Shown here piece by piece: positions 63,904 to 64,000 of a stretch of 64,000 bases of DNA. How positions within the stretch are numbered: position 1 is the stretch's first letter; every line of letters begins with the position of its first letter. The notes under the pieces are model-generated. The model did not search any database, was not told the DNA's origin, and saw only the letters and a program-made list of their open reading frames with translations. This DNA comes from Vampirovibrionaceae bacterium NZW_1234 (GTDB lineage Bacteria > Cyanobacteriota > Vampirovibrionia > Vampirovibrionales > JAGQHJ01): contig JBGUGD010000010.1 in the NCBI GenBank assembly GCA_041697335.1, forward strand, positions 1-64,000, written 5' to 3'. The translations under genes were made by a program, and so were the position numbers.

Positions 63904-64000
63904 AACTAAGTATAGATTAGCAAAGGATAAAGATTTAGTAAAACAAATGTTAGTGGATGTGAACAAATATTAAGTAATTGTACCCATGTACACTAACTTT

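Overview
64-kb chromosomal window from a non-photosynthetic Cyanobacteriota relative, most consistent with Vampirovibrionia/Melainabacteria (inference from a 6S RNA just downstream of purK, a stand-alone atpD-atpC pair, a 4-domain S1, cyanobacteria-like GAF/NfuA proteins, a flagellar-rod-like protein and no photosynthesis genes). Most of it is housekeeping: aconitase, metF, purEK, sua5, glcDEF, aspS, coaE, an actinobacterial Sdh1-type SDH, DinG, a sigma-70 factor, rpsA, mpg, murA, atpDC, leuCD, pnp, bioF, proS and lepA. No tRNA, rRNA, CRISPR array, IS or prophage was seen. Interspersed is a set of orphan features that may form one unrecognised programme: harpin-/translocator-like low-complexity proteins and a calpain-like protease; two of these mRNAs whose 3' UTR is complementary to their own ribosome-binding region; a ~1-kb non-coding locus with a tandem 85-nt structured repeat and CA-rich tracts complementary to one of those RBSs; two further GGA-rich sRNA candidates with terminators; and a recurring TTAA-N7-TTAA promoter box. 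All calls were made by eye, without database searches. Several start codons were moved from the ORF track to the best RBS-supported start.
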